A DNA stretch of 62,737 nucleotides from an uncultured bacterium (GTDB lineage Bacteria; Patescibacteriota; Minisyncoccia; Phycocordibacterales; DATDWN01): positions 1 to 62,737 of the forward strand of contig CAVSGX010000008.1 in assembly GCA_963727715.1 (NCBI GenBank), written 5' to 3'. Of the stretch, positions 28,214 to 37,248 are shown one piece after another. The notes under the pieces are model-generated. The model was not told the DNA's origin, searched no databases, and was given only the letters and a program-made list of their open reading frames with translations. A program made the position numbers and the translations under genes. The stretch's first letter is position 1. The number at the start of each line of letters is the position of its first letter.

Positions 28214-29213
28214 CGTTTCCGCACCCCTCAATTTAGACACTTCATTGAATCTAATAATACCTCTTTTGCTGTCCTAAATCCAAGACATTGACGAGGAATT
28301 TCGTTTAAAAACTTTTCAATTGAACGAAGCTCTTCTTCTGTGACTTCTCTCAAATCTTTTCTCTTTGGAACAAACACCCTGATCCATTTGTTTGTATTTT
28401 CAACCAAACCCTTTTCCCAGGAGTGATATGGGTGACAGAAATATATCGAACATTTTAGTTGTTTTTCCAGTTTCCTCCAACAATTAAATGCGATATCATT
28501 GTCTAGTGTAATTGTCTTGACTGGCATATTACGCAGAGAATCCAAGAAAGCACGCAATACCGTTGCGTGCTTTCTGTTTGGAATTTTGCGAGTGATGGTA
28601 TCTCTGGAATATCGGTCAACCAAGACAAATAATGAACAAGCGTTGTGAGATGAGACAATGAAATCTCCCTCCCAGTGTCCAGATCTCTCCATTTTCGGTC
28701 TGTCTTCAATGTATTTTCTCTCATCGATGGCTTTACCGTATCTTTTCTTTTTCCAACCACTTTTCTTGTGGTGTTTTCTCCAAAACAGATATCTTTCCAA
28801 ACATCTGGAATACACGAATTTGTACACCGCTTTAGTTGAGATGTTTTTTCCTTGCAGTTTGAAATACCCTGATATTCTCTCCGGCGACCATCCTTCTTTC
28901 AATTTCTCCGGAATGAATTTGGACAGTTCTCTGTCCAAAGCAGCTTTCATACACTGCTTCTTGCTTAAATATCTCCTCCAGTATGTTTTGTGGTGAGCTT
29001 TCTTGGCTACATACAAACCTTTCACTTTCTTTTTCATTTCGTAGGCAATGCATGAATGGTGCCGGCCAAGTTTCTTTCCAATTTTCCTTGCACTCCAACC
29101 CTCGGAGAACAAAGCTGAAATCAAAACTCTTTCCTCGTATGACAAATGTTTAAATGTTTTCATATCACTCAATTATTTCTAACTGAGTGTCTAAATTCAA
29201 AGGTTAACTAACA
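28214..29213 (-). mobile_element. IS30-family insertion sequence, lineage B, copy 2 (1000 bp)
   Basis: Same ends as copies 1 and 3; flanking triplets differ (CTT versus TGA), so there is no target-site duplication. Confidence 0.9.
28228..29172 (-). CDS. IS30 family transposase
   Basis: 314 aa, protein identical to 13711..14655. Confidence 0.9.
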   Translation of the reverse strand: MSDMKTFKHLSYEERVLISALFSEGWSARKIGKKLGRHHSCIAYEMKKKVKGLYVAKKAHHKTYWRRYLSKKQCMKAALDRELSKFIPEKLKEGWSPERISGYFKLQGKNISTKAVYKFVYSRCLERYLFWRKHHKKSGWKKKRYGKAIDERKYIEDRPKMERSGHWEGDFIVSSHNACSLFVLVDRYSRDTITRKIPNRKHATVLRAFLDSLRNMPVKTITLDNDIAFNCWRKLEKQLKCSIYFCHPYHSWEKGLVENTNKWIRVFVPKRKDLREVTEEELRSIEKFLNEIPRQCLGFRTAKEVLLDSMKCLN

Positions 29214-29247
29214 TGAGAATCGAAATCCAAGAAAGGAGTTTTTTCAA

Positions 29248-29664
29248 ATGCCCGGAACAAGAATCGCAATCTGGCCGGATAACCGTCCGGAAAAAGTTAT
29301 TCGCAAAAGTCTTTGGTGGCAGTGGTCAATTGTGATCGCACTGGTCACATGGATCATGTGGTTCACCACGAATCACTACAACGGCAAGTCATTCCTGGTT
29401 CCTCTTTCGGTCACCCTGATCGGAGTAGGAGTTGGCTGGCTCTTCGGATACAAGCTCGGCTTCGGTCCGGTCTTCTCCAGTACCTACATTTTCTCAGCGG
29501 AGCGAGTTATCAACCCGGCCGAGAAACCGTGGCACAAAACAACCTGTCCCCAGTGCAAACGCAATAACTGCGACGCCATGGGGTACAGAAACGCTCAAAC
29601 CATTTACAACTGTCCGGATTGTGGTTATCACGACACGGTCTGGACTGGTTTCGCCAAGATCTAA
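29248..29664 (+). CDS. membrane protein with a C-terminal zinc-ribbon (CPQC...CPDC)
   Basis: 138 aa; two TM helices; GGAG SD upstream; visibly GC-richer; its 3' end runs into the shared module at 29662..29753. Confidence 0.55.
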   Translation: MPGTRIAIWPDNRPEKVIRKSLWWQWSIVIALVTWIMWFTTNHYNGKSFLVPLSVTLIGVGVGWLFGYKLGFGPVFSSTYIFSAERVINPAEKPWHKTTCPQCKRNNCDAMGYRNAQTIYNCPDCGYHDTVWTGFAKI

Positions 29665-29753
29665 CAACCGCCCACACCGGCGACAAAATCCGGTGAATGG
29701 TGGGCCTGTCCCGTAGGGAGCTCTGCTCTCCTACGGGATTTTGTTTGTAAAAA
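29662..29753 (+). repeat. shared structured 3' module plus terminator, copy 1
   Basis: About 90 nt homologous to the reverse complement of 41845..41933; a first helix with compensatory changes, then the identical hairpin CCCGTAGGGAGCTCTGCTCTCCTACGGG plus a T-run. Confidence 0.8.
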
Positions 29754-29773
29754 TTTTGTTATATAATATTGTC

Positions 29774-30157
29774 ATGTCTCAAAGATCATTTATTCTCGCC
29801 TACTTGGAGTGGCATTACTCTCGAGCTTTCGCCGATATTTGGAACACTTGCACCAATTACATCTGGTTTATTTATAATTTTTTCTCAATCTCGCTTTTGT
29901 TTAGAACTTTTTTCACTCCGTGGCATAAAATGGACGTGCAGTATGGAAAGGGGTTGGATATGGAGAATTTTTTCGGCCCGTTTATCGTCAACACTTTGAT
30001 GAGATTGGTTGGTATGGTTTTGCGCGCTGTCATTATTATCATCGGTTTTGTTTGCGTGCTGGTTACTTTCCTGTTGGGCGTCCTCTGTCTCGTCATTTGG
30101 CCTTTTTTGCCTTTCATTTTGGTTTATATCGCCTATCGAGGACTTTTGAAAATTTAA
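29774..30157 (+). CDS. hypothetical polytopic membrane protein
   Basis: 127 aa from the ATG at 29774; TATAAT at 29762..29767, 6 nt upstream; translationally adjacent to the Clp-like ATPase. Confidence 0.55.
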   Translation: MSQRSFILAYLEWHYSRAFADIWNTCTNYIWFIYNFFSISLLFRTFFTPWHKMDVQYGKGLDMENFFGPFIVNTLMRLVGMVLRAVIIIIGFVCVLVTFLLGVLCLVIWPFLPFILVYIAYRGLLKI

Positions 30158-30158
30158 T

Positions 30159-32588
30159 ATGGACTACAAAACATTGACAGAAGAAATGGAAAAATACGCG
30201 CCGGCCATAAATCTGGACAGAGTCATTCCTTTTGGTTTGCGAAAATTTTTCAAAACGGCTTTTTTTCTGTTGGTTGTTGTCTTTCTATTTGTCTCTATCG
30301 TTTCCCTTTTCTATCAGACAATCCCATCTCATCTTTTTCAAGGACTTTCAATGGTTTTTTTCGCTCTTTGGCTCCTCTTCTTCTGTCTGGACACTTTTTA
30401 CTACTCTTTTTATTTTGACGATTTGCCGATAGTAGTCAGAGAAGTTTGTTTCAAAAATCCGACTGTTTCCGGAAGTTTTTTGACAGCATCTGTTCTGGTT
30501 GGAAATGAAGAGGATTTGGTGATCAGACTGTTAAAATCTTCCGCCGGAAAAATGTTGGCTTCGCGCTTGGGTGTTTCTAAAAAAGAAATTGATGATTTTT
30601 TAATCAACAAAAAAAATCCCGAGAGGCTGGCCGAATTTCAAATAAACATTAATGGGAAAAATAGTTTGTTTGAATCTTACCTATCTTCCCTTTGTCAGCT
30701 TGATAAAGAATTTGCCGATTTTCTTTTTCGTTATGCCATAAGAGACAGGGAGCTCTGCGGAGCGGGTGGATGGATTGTCAAAAAATCCGAAAAAGAAAAA
30801 AGGAAGAGGCGGTTTTGGGGACGAGATGTTTTGGGCAGAATAAAAGGCGTCGGCAAGGACTGGTCTTATGGACAGACTTACGAAATCCAAAAGTATGGAG
30901 GCAGGATGGAGGATTTGTACGATTTTTCTTCACGCGGTTTGTCGCAACACACAAAAGAGGTGTCAGAAATTGAAAATATTTTGTCTCGCAGAAGCGAGGG
31001 CAATGTCCTTTTGGTAGCCGATGACGACTTGGGGAAAACGGATATCATTATAGAATTTTGTAAAAAAATAATGAGTGGCAGAGTTTTGCCGGCTCTTGAA
31101 CACAAGGTTGTTTTTACTTTAGATGTGGGGGCTATAACTGTATCCTGCGCCAGTAAAGACAAATTTGAAAAACAGTTTTTGGCAATTATGAACCAAGCCG
31201 AACGGGCTGAAAATATTATTCTGGTCATTGATGATTTGCCTGGAGCGATAAACGCCGCTTCAAGTTTGGGCAGCGATCTTCTGGCACTATTTTATCCTTA
31301 CTTGTCGTCGCCTCTTCTGCAGATCATTGCCGGTTCGGACATCAAAAGTTTTCACGAGAGAGTTGAAAACAATATCACCCTTTCCGAAAAATTTGAAAAA
31401 ATAATTTTAAACGAGGACAATCAGGACAGCCTGATAAGTCTTTTGGAGGAAAGGGCTGACGATCTGGAGGAAAGAGAGGGTGTCTTCTTTACCTACCAAG
31501 CCATTCTGGAGATCGCTGAGGATGTTTTGCGTTATTTCGGCGGGCAGATTGTTATGGATAAAGCTTTGGATATTCTTTTGGAGTTGCCCCAAATCGCAGT
31601 CAAACAAAATCGCAGAATAATCGGCAAAAAGGAAGTGGCAGAGTTGGTGGAAACTAAAACCGGCGTGCCAACGGGTGAAATCGCGACTGCCGAAAAAGAA
31701 AAACTTTTGAATTTGGAAAATATTTTGCATCAAAGAATCATTGGCCAGGACGAAGCCATAAAAGCCATCAGTAGCGCCTTGCGTCGAGCTCGCTCAGGTA
31801 TTGAATCCAAAAACCGCCCACTCGGCTCGTTTCTTTTTCTCGGCCCGACCGGCGTGGGCAAAACAGAAACAACCAAAGCTTTGGCTGAAGTATTTTTCGG
31901 CGATGAAAACAAGATTATGCGTTTGGATATGTCCGAATACAATTCCGGCGATTCTCTGGAACGCTTGATTGGTTCTTTTGAGGGGAGCAAACAAGGTGTT
32001 CTCTCTTCCCTGTTACGCGAAAATCAGTATGGTGTTTTGCTTTTGGACGAATTTGAAAAGGCCGAAAACAAAGTGCATGATTTGTTTTTGCAGATTTTGG
32101 ACGAAGGAATTTTCTCCGATATGCTCGGCAAGAAGGTTAACGCTCGCAATCTGATTATTATCGCCACTTCGAATGCCGGCAGTGACATCATTTGGGATTT
32201 AGTCAAACAATCCAAGAATTTAGCCGAAAACAAGCAGGCAGTCATCGAGACTATCGTCCATCAAGGTATCTTTCGTCCGGAACTTTTGAACCGTTTTGAT
32301 GGTGTTATTCTTTTTCATCCGCTTGATGAAAATCTTTTGAAGCAAGTGACAACACTCATGCTCCGGAAACTTTCCAAAAGACTTGAAGAAAAAAGTTTAA
32401 AACTGCGCATCACCGATGAATTGGTGAACTATCTTGTTAAAATCGGCAGTGATCCGGCTTTCGGTGCCCGTCCGATCAACCGAGCTATCCAAGATCAAGT
32501 TGAGGAGACAATCGCCAAAAAGCTGATCGCCGGCGAGGTGAGACCCGGCTCCGAAGTTGTCTTGACCGAAGCCGACTTGCAGAAATAG
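30159..32588 (+). CDS. Clp/Hsp100-family AAA+ ATPase with an N-terminal transmembrane region and a degenerate first Walker A
   Basis: 809 aa; two to three N-terminal TM helices; NBD1 has VADDDLGKTD where GEPGVGKT is expected; NBD2 is canonical (GPTGVGKTETTKALA, LLLDEFEKA, sensor region GARPINRAI). Confidence 0.8.
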   Translation: MDYKTLTEEMEKYAPAINLDRVIPFGLRKFFKTAFFLLVVVFLFVSIVSLFYQTIPSHLFQGLSMVFFALWLLFFCLDTFYYSFYFDDLPIVVREVCFKNPTVSGSFLTASVLVGNEEDLVIRLLKSSAGKMLASRLGVSKKEIDDFLINKKNPERLAEFQININGKNSLFESYLSSLCQLDKEFADFLFRYAIRDRELCGAGGWIVKKSEKEKRKRRFWGRDVLGRIKGVGKDWSYGQTYEIQKYGGRMEDLYDFSSRGLSQHTKEVSEIENILSRRSEGNVLLVADDDLGKTDIIIEFCKKIMSGRVLPALEHKVVFTLDVGAITVSCASKDKFEKQFLAIMNQAERAENIILVIDDLPGAINAASSLGSDLLALFYPYLSSPLLQIIAGSDIKSFHERVENNITLSEKFEKIILNEDNQDSLISLLEERADDLEEREGVFFTYQAILEIAEDVLRYFGGQIVMDKALDILLELPQIAVKQNRRIIGKKEVAELVETKTGVPTGEIATAEKEKLLNLENILHQRIIGQDEAIKAISSALRRARSGIESKNRPLGSFLFLGPTGVGKTETTKALAEVFFGDENKIMRLDMSEYNSGDSLERLIGSFEGSKQGVLSSLLRENQYGVLLLDEFEKAENKVHDLFLQILDEGIFSDMLGKKVNARNLIIIATSNAGSDIIWDLVKQSKNLAENKQAVIETIVHQGIFRPELLNRFDGVILFHPLDENLLKQVTTLMLRKLSKRLEEKSLKLRITDELVNYLVKIGSDPAFGARPINRAIQDQVEETIAKKLIAGEVRPGSEVVLTEADLQK

Positions 32589-32641
32589 AAAAATTATGTT
32601 AGCTTTCAGACAAGTTCCGTGATTAAAATTAACCAAACAAG

Positions 32642-33151
32642 TTGATACAAAGAATAAAAATAAACAACCAAATTCAAGCGCTGGAGCTCCGGGTGATCGG
32701 AGAAAATGGAGAAAATTTCGGCGTGCTGTCTTTTAAAGAAGCCATTGAAAAAGCTCGCGAAGCCGGGGCCGATCTGATTGAGATTTCGCCGGGAGCGATG
32801 CCACCAGTTGCAAAAATCATGGATTATGGTAAGTTTCAATACGCTGAAAACAAAAAATTGAAAGTGGCCAAAACAAAAGTTCGCACGGTTGAAATCAAAA
32901 ATATTCAAATCAAAGTCGGCACCGGAGAACACGATTTGGAATTGAAAGCCAAGAAGGCTTCGGAGTGGCTCTCCGAAGGAAACAGAGTAAAGATAGACTT
33001 GTTTTTAATGGGCAGAAGCAAATATATGGAACTGAATTTTTTGAAAGAAAGAATGGAAAGAGTGCTCAAACTTATCACGGCAGAGTACAAGATAGCCGAT
33101 CCGGCCAAAAAGAGTCCAAAGGGGTTGTCAGTAATCATTGAGAAAGCTTAA
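32642..33151 (+). CDS. infC: translation initiation factor IF-3
   Basis: 169 aa; LRVIGENGE...PPVAKIMDYGKFQY; non-ATG start (TTG 32642 or ATA 32645), as is common for infC. Confidence 0.9.
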   Translation: MIQRIKINNQIQALELRVIGENGENFGVLSFKEAIEKAREAGADLIEISPGAMPPVAKIMDYGKFQYAENKKLKVAKTKVRTVEIKNIQIKVGTGEHDLELKAKKASEWLSEGNRVKIDLFLMGRSKYMELNFLKERMERVLKLITAEYKIADPAKKSPKGLSVIIEKA

Positions 33152-33207
33152 AAATAAAAAAATCAAAAAATTTACATCTTACTCTTTACTTTTTACTCAT
33201 TAACACA

Positions 33208-33393
33208 ATGTCAACAAAAACAAACAAATCATTTAGCAAAAGATTGAGAGTCACCAAGAATGGCAAGATTATGGCCCGTCGCACAGGTCAGAATCATTTC
33301 AATACAAAAGAAACAGCCAGAAAACAAATGGCCAAAAATCGCAGCACCGAATTCCCTATTAGCAATAAAGACCGCGCGCAATTTATAAAATAA
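33208..33393 (+). CDS. rpmI: 50S ribosomal protein L35
   Basis: 61 aa; KTNKSFSKRLRVTKNGKI pattern; infC-rpmI-rplT synteny. Confidence 0.9.
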   Translation: MSTKTNKSFSKRLRVTKNGKIMARRTGQNHFNTKETARKQMAKNRSTEFPISNKDRAQFIK

Positions 33394-33406
33394 TTAACCG
33401 ATCAAA

Positions 33407-33805
33407 ATGACACGAGTAAAAAAAGGAGTTAACGCTCTGAAAACCAGAAAAAATGTTTTGCGTCGAGTAAAAGGATACCGATACGGCCGAAGCACCAAAG
33501 AACGCCAAGCCATCGAAGCCACTTTGCACGCCGGTGCTTACGCTTTTGCCCACCGTCGCGACAAAAAAGGCGTCGCCCGCCGAATGTGGAATGTCAACAT
33601 TTCCTACACTTTGAAAGAAATGGGAACCTCGTACAGCAAATTTATGGGTGCTCTGAAAAAGAAAAACGTCTTGCTGGACCGCAAAATTCTTTCCACTCTG
33701 GCCAAAGAAGCCCCAGAAACATTCAAGAAAGTGGTGGAAATGGCGCAAGCAACAGAAACAAAAGCAAAAGCTAAACCTGTCACTCCAAAAGCAACAGTCG
33801 TATAA
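33407..33805 (+). CDS. rplT: 50S ribosomal protein L20
   Basis: 132 aa; MTRVKKGVNALKTRKNVL...GYRYGRS; short Lys/Ala/Thr-rich C-terminal extension. Confidence 0.9.
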   Translation: MTRVKKGVNALKTRKNVLRRVKGYRYGRSTKERQAIEATLHAGAYAFAHRRDKKGVARRMWNVNISYTLKEMGTSYSKFMGALKKKNVLLDRKILSTLAKEAPETFKKVVEMAQATETKAKAKPVTPKATVV

Positions 33806-33868
33806 AAACCACCTCGAGGCGGTTTTTTGATTGACTTTGTAATTTTTATACTGTATAGTCTATTACAG

Positions 33869-34063
33869 ATGGACATAGTACAACAGATCCGAGAAGAATG
33901 GGGTGACCGCGAAGTATATTCTGTCACCAAACCTGAAGCCGAAAAGCTTGTAAAACTCGGGGGAATACCTTCCGTCAAGGCAACAAAAGACGGAATGGTA
34001 TTTACAGAAATTACACTTCTGGACAAGAAGTATATCCTTGTGGATAAGGCGGACACTGAGTAA
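33869..34063 (+). CDS. hypothetical small protein
   Basis: 64 aa from the ATG at 33869 (the ORF is open from 33827); TATAGT 9 nt upstream. Confidence 0.4.
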   Translation: MDIVQQIREEWGDREVYSVTKPEAEKLVKLGGIPSVKATKDGMVFTEITLLDKKYILVDKADTE

Positions 34064-34084
34064 GGGTCCGCTTTTTGATTTTAT

Positions 34085-34471
34085 TTATTCTTCCTTACTT
34101 TTAGCCCTTTCTATTTCGCCCATTTTGAATCCACGTGCATATTCATAAGCAAAATCACTAATGTGTTCCGCATCGGTTTTGCTCATTCCGGTTCTTTGAA
34201 CACCCAAGACCATGATGGTAATTTCATTATGTAACCTTCTTCTTTCTGGCTCGTATATTTTCTGTTTATCAACTTTTTCTGTACCAAAAGCACCCCCGTC
34301 AATATAAGAAGCATATTTCATACAAGCACCAAACAATCTCTTTTCTGCGGCACTTCCATTTTTTGGCTGTCTGTGACGAAAACCATACCTATTCCACAAC
34401 TCTTCAAGCCGAGGATCAAATTCCTCGATGTCTTCTCCATTGTCTAATTGTACCGATTCCATAGTCGCCAT
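34085..34471 (-). CDS. hypothetical protein
   Basis: 128-aa ORF abutting the beta-CASP gene stop; no motif recognised. Confidence 0.45.
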   Translation of the reverse strand: MATMESVQLDNGEDIEEFDPRLEELWNRYGFRHRQPKNGSAAEKRLFGACMKYASYIDGGAFGTEKVDKQKIYEPERRRLHNEITIMVLGVQRTGMSKTDAEHISDFAYEYARGFKMGEIERAKSKEE

Positions 34472-34472
34472 A

Positions 34473-35852
34473 TTATTCTAATTTATACACTTTCCCCCTA
34501 TCTGGGCAAACAGCATCCACATCAAGTTCGTCACGAAGTTTCTGGACCAAAAATGTGGAGGCTGAAGGTTCGCCCATCACCACAAAAATTTTTTTGACCG
34601 TTTCTTTTGTGTCCGAAGCCATCTCCACCAGATGATCGGAGTCCTTGTGCGAGGAATAGCCGGAAATCATTTCAATTCTGGCTCGCACTTGGACTGTTTG
34701 GCCGTTTATTTCAATTTGCTTAGGTTTGTCTTGGAGTTGCCTACCAAGAGTACCAACAGCTTGGTAGCCCATCAAAAGCAATGTGCTTTTCGGATCAGGC
34801 AAAAAGTTGATTTCATGTCCAACCACTCGCCCACCAGAAGACATTCCAGAACCGGCGATAATAATTTTTGGGTTCGGCGTTTCTTCAATTTTCTGCGAGT
34901 CCAAATGTCCCTGGCTTATGTGTAATTTTGGAAAATTGAAAATGTCATCGCCACCTTTTATTTCACCCTGCACTTCACTGTTGAAATCTCTTGTGTACTG
35001 TCTGTAAATTTCGGTCACTTTTTCGCCAAGCGGAGAATCCAAAAAAACTGGCACCGAAGGTATTTTCCCACCTTCAATCAAATTATTCAATTCGTATAAA
35101 ACAACTTGTGTTCGTTCCAGAGAAAAAGTCGGCATAACCACAGCCCCGCCAGCCGAAATAGTTTCGGTAATGATTTGACGAAACTTTGCGTCGCGTTTGT
35201 CTTTTGGTTCGTGATTGCGGTCGCCGTAAACACTGTCCATTACCAAGAAATCCGCCCCGACAATTTTATCAGTATCTTTCAAAAGAGGCGCTGGAGAATT
35301 GCCAGAGTCCCCTGTAAAAACGATCTTGGTTGTTTTGTCATCTTTTTTGTAAGAAAACTGATACATAGCCGAACCGAGAATGTGACCGGCATCAAGCGTG
35401 AAAACAGAAAAATTTTCGGCAAAATTTTTATCTTCATGATAAGAAATAGTCTGCCACAATGACATTGTTTTCTGCACATCGGTTTCGTCATATAACTGTT
35501 GCCCTCCATTTTGATTTTGTCTGTTTTCGCGAGCTATTTTCAAAGCATCATCAAACATTAGTCTAGCAAGATCGTGCGTCTCCGGCGTGGAAAAAATGAC
35601 ACCGGGAAAACCATCACGAACTAATTTCGGCACTTTGCCGATATGATCCATATGAGCATGAGTTAGAAAAAGAGAATCTATTGTTTTCGGATCGTAAGGA
35701 AATTTTTGGGCATTTTCTTCATCCGCGCCTGTAACACCTTGCAAAAGTCCGCAGTCCACCAAGACACGTGTTTTGTCATCTTCCAAAAGAAAATTCGCCC
35801 CGGTAACCGCACCCACTCCGCCCCAACATGTCAATTGTAAATTATTGTTCAT
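34473..35852 (-). CDS. MBL-fold beta-CASP family ribonuclease-like hydrolase
   Basis: 459 aa; LTHAHMDHIG metallo-beta-lactamase motif followed by beta-CASP and an RNA-specificity-like C-terminus. Confidence 0.8.
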   Translation of the reverse strand: MNNNLQLTCWGGVGAVTGANFLLEDDKTRVLVDCGLLQGVTGADEENAQKFPYDPKTIDSLFLTHAHMDHIGKVPKLVRDGFPGVIFSTPETHDLARLMFDDALKIARENRQNQNGGQQLYDETDVQKTMSLWQTISYHEDKNFAENFSVFTLDAGHILGSAMYQFSYKKDDKTTKIVFTGDSGNSPAPLLKDTDKIVGADFLVMDSVYGDRNHEPKDKRDAKFRQIITETISAGGAVVMPTFSLERTQVVLYELNNLIEGGKIPSVPVFLDSPLGEKVTEIYRQYTRDFNSEVQGEIKGGDDIFNFPKLHISQGHLDSQKIEETPNPKIIIAGSGMSSGGRVVGHEINFLPDPKSTLLLMGYQAVGTLGRQLQDKPKQIEINGQTVQVRARIEMISGYSSHKDSDHLVEMASDTKETVKKIFVVMGEPSASTFLVQKLRDELDVDAVCPDRGKVYKLE

Positions 35853-36246
35853 ATTTTTTTAGAAGATTATTTATCAAAATAAACCCGAAGACTCCACCAA
35901 CAACATCCATTAATAAATCCGAACCGGTATTAGTCCAATATTTAATTCCATCGGACAAAAATGTCAGGCCAAAATATAACTCGCAAAGTTCCCATAGTAT
36001 GCCCACCACGATGGCACTGATTAGGGCTGTTAACAAAATTTTTCTTTTGCTCCAGTTTTTCAAACTTGACCTGCTGGAACCGATCCAGAAAGCAAATAAA
36101 GCCACGGCCAATCCTCCCAAAAAGTGCAGGATGATATCAACCCACCAAATCGTCCACTGCAAATACAACTTTGATGTAATGACATCAAACAAACCAACCA
36201 AAACCAAAGTGGAGAAAGCTCTTTTGAAAAGTTCTTTCCTGAACAT
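35842..36246 (-). CDS. hypothetical polytopic membrane protein
   Basis: 134 aa, four hydrophobic helices. Confidence 0.5.
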   Translation of the reverse strand: MFRKELFKRAFSTLVLVGLFDVITSKLYLQWTIWWVDIILHFLGGLAVALFAFWIGSSRSSLKNWSKRKILLTALISAIVVGILWELCELYFGLTFLSDGIKYWTNTGSDLLMDVVGGVFGFILINNLLKKYEQ

Positions 36247-36266
36247 GGTTTAATAATATCATGAAA

Positions 36267-36426
36267 GACCTGACAAAAAAAGATTTTTGGAGACTCCGCA
36301 GGTGAGGAGCTGGTTTTGTCAACGACCCGAGCGAAGCGGGGGCTCTTGACAAATCCGAGCCGAGGACAGCCGAGAAAACTCGCTGGAGTTTTCGAGGTTG
36401 CTCCAAAAATCTTTTTTTGTCAGGTC
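36267..36426 (+). repeat. structured intergenic element, copy C (divergent)
   Basis: Perfect 26-bp arms GACCTGACAAAAAAAGATTTTTGGAG (36267..36292) and its complement (36401..36426); the core starts GAGACTCCGCAGG and contains CCGAGC...GAGAAAACTCGCTGG like the other copies. Confidence 0.8.
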
Positions 36427-36435
36427 TAAAAAATT

Positions 36436-36603
36436 AAAAAACCCACCGAAGTGAGATTTTTAATAGAGCTGTATGAGTATTCCCCTAGCTAAAAACTAGG
36501 TGGGTGCCCGCAGATGAATCGATCGGAACGACAAGCGCTCGCCACGAGACAAAAATATGAGGCTCCCTGAAACATAATTAGAAAGAAAATCTCATACAAC
36601 TCT
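36436..36603 (-). ncRNA. orphan structured RNA or leader candidate of about 168 nt, class unassigned
   Basis: Minus-strand promoter TTGATA (36632..36637), 16 nt, TATAAT (36610..36615); 13-bp closing helix 36591..36603 with 36465..36477 (one G-U); terminator CTCAC-UUCG-GUGGG plus a U-run at 36436..36455. Confidence 0.5.
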
Positions 36604-36626
36604 GTTTGTATTATACCCCAAACAAA

Positions 36627-37214
36627 TTACTTATCAACACCGAACCTCTTATAATCAAAAATGTTGTTTTTCTTGCCAAACCAAAACTCTATTTCGTGCG
36701 CCGCTTCTTCAGGTGTTTCCGAAGCATGGACTAAATTCATCACTGCGCGCTTTTCAATATTGCCAAGAACCGGCGAATCATTGGAAAAGTCTCCGCGGAT
36801 TGTGCCCATGTCGGCTAAGTACGGCAAAGTTGGCCCGGCAATCTTGCGAACCATATCGACAGCATGTAATCCTTGTACAACCATTCTTACGAGCGGCGCT
36901 GATGTCATGTAGCCAATTAACCATCCGCGCACCATTTTGCCAATTTCAAGGTTATTATCTGTGCCGAGTTCTTTTATTGGATCAATGTTATATTTTTTAT
37001 AAGTGGACAGAGTTTTGTCACCTAAACGAGAAATCCAAGCTTCATCTTTCGGATAGTGCCCCGAGACTTGCTCCGGTGTGGCTTGAAACATTTCAATGGC
37101 CACGATTTTTAAATCGCGCTGTTCTATGCGTTTGATAATTTCTCCAATCAAACCCTTTTGAACGCCATCAGGTTTAATCATTAAAAAAGTTCTTTCTTCT
37201 TTAAAATTTGACAT
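36627..37214 (-). CDS. ndk: nucleoside-diphosphate kinase (with an internal insertion)
   Basis: 195 aa; ERTFLMIKPDGV and NLVHASETPEEA active-site region; about 45 residues longer than I recall for typical Ndk. Confidence 0.85.
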   Translation of the reverse strand: MSNFKEERTFLMIKPDGVQKGLIGEIIKRIEQRDLKIVAIEMFQATPEQVSGHYPKDEAWISRLGDKTLSTYKKYNIDPIKELGTDNNLEIGKMVRGWLIGYMTSAPLVRMVVQGLHAVDMVRKIAGPTLPYLADMGTIRGDFSNDSPVLGNIEKRAVMNLVHASETPEEAAHEIEFWFGKKNNIFDYKRFGVDK

Positions 37215-37248
37215 AAAAAATAATAATGAATTTTGAGTATAACAAAAT

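Noticed and set aside
27907-28224. Tyrosine integrase next to the tmRNA 3' end
   Set aside because: The 105-aa translation shows no R..HxxR..Y motifs. Its first codons lie inside the IS end, so it is at best a truncated gene of unknown function.
29662-29753. Integron attC site
   Set aside because: One copy starts with an RYYYAAC-like ATCTAAC, but the other copy does not. Neither ends in GTTRRRY, and no integron integrase is in view.
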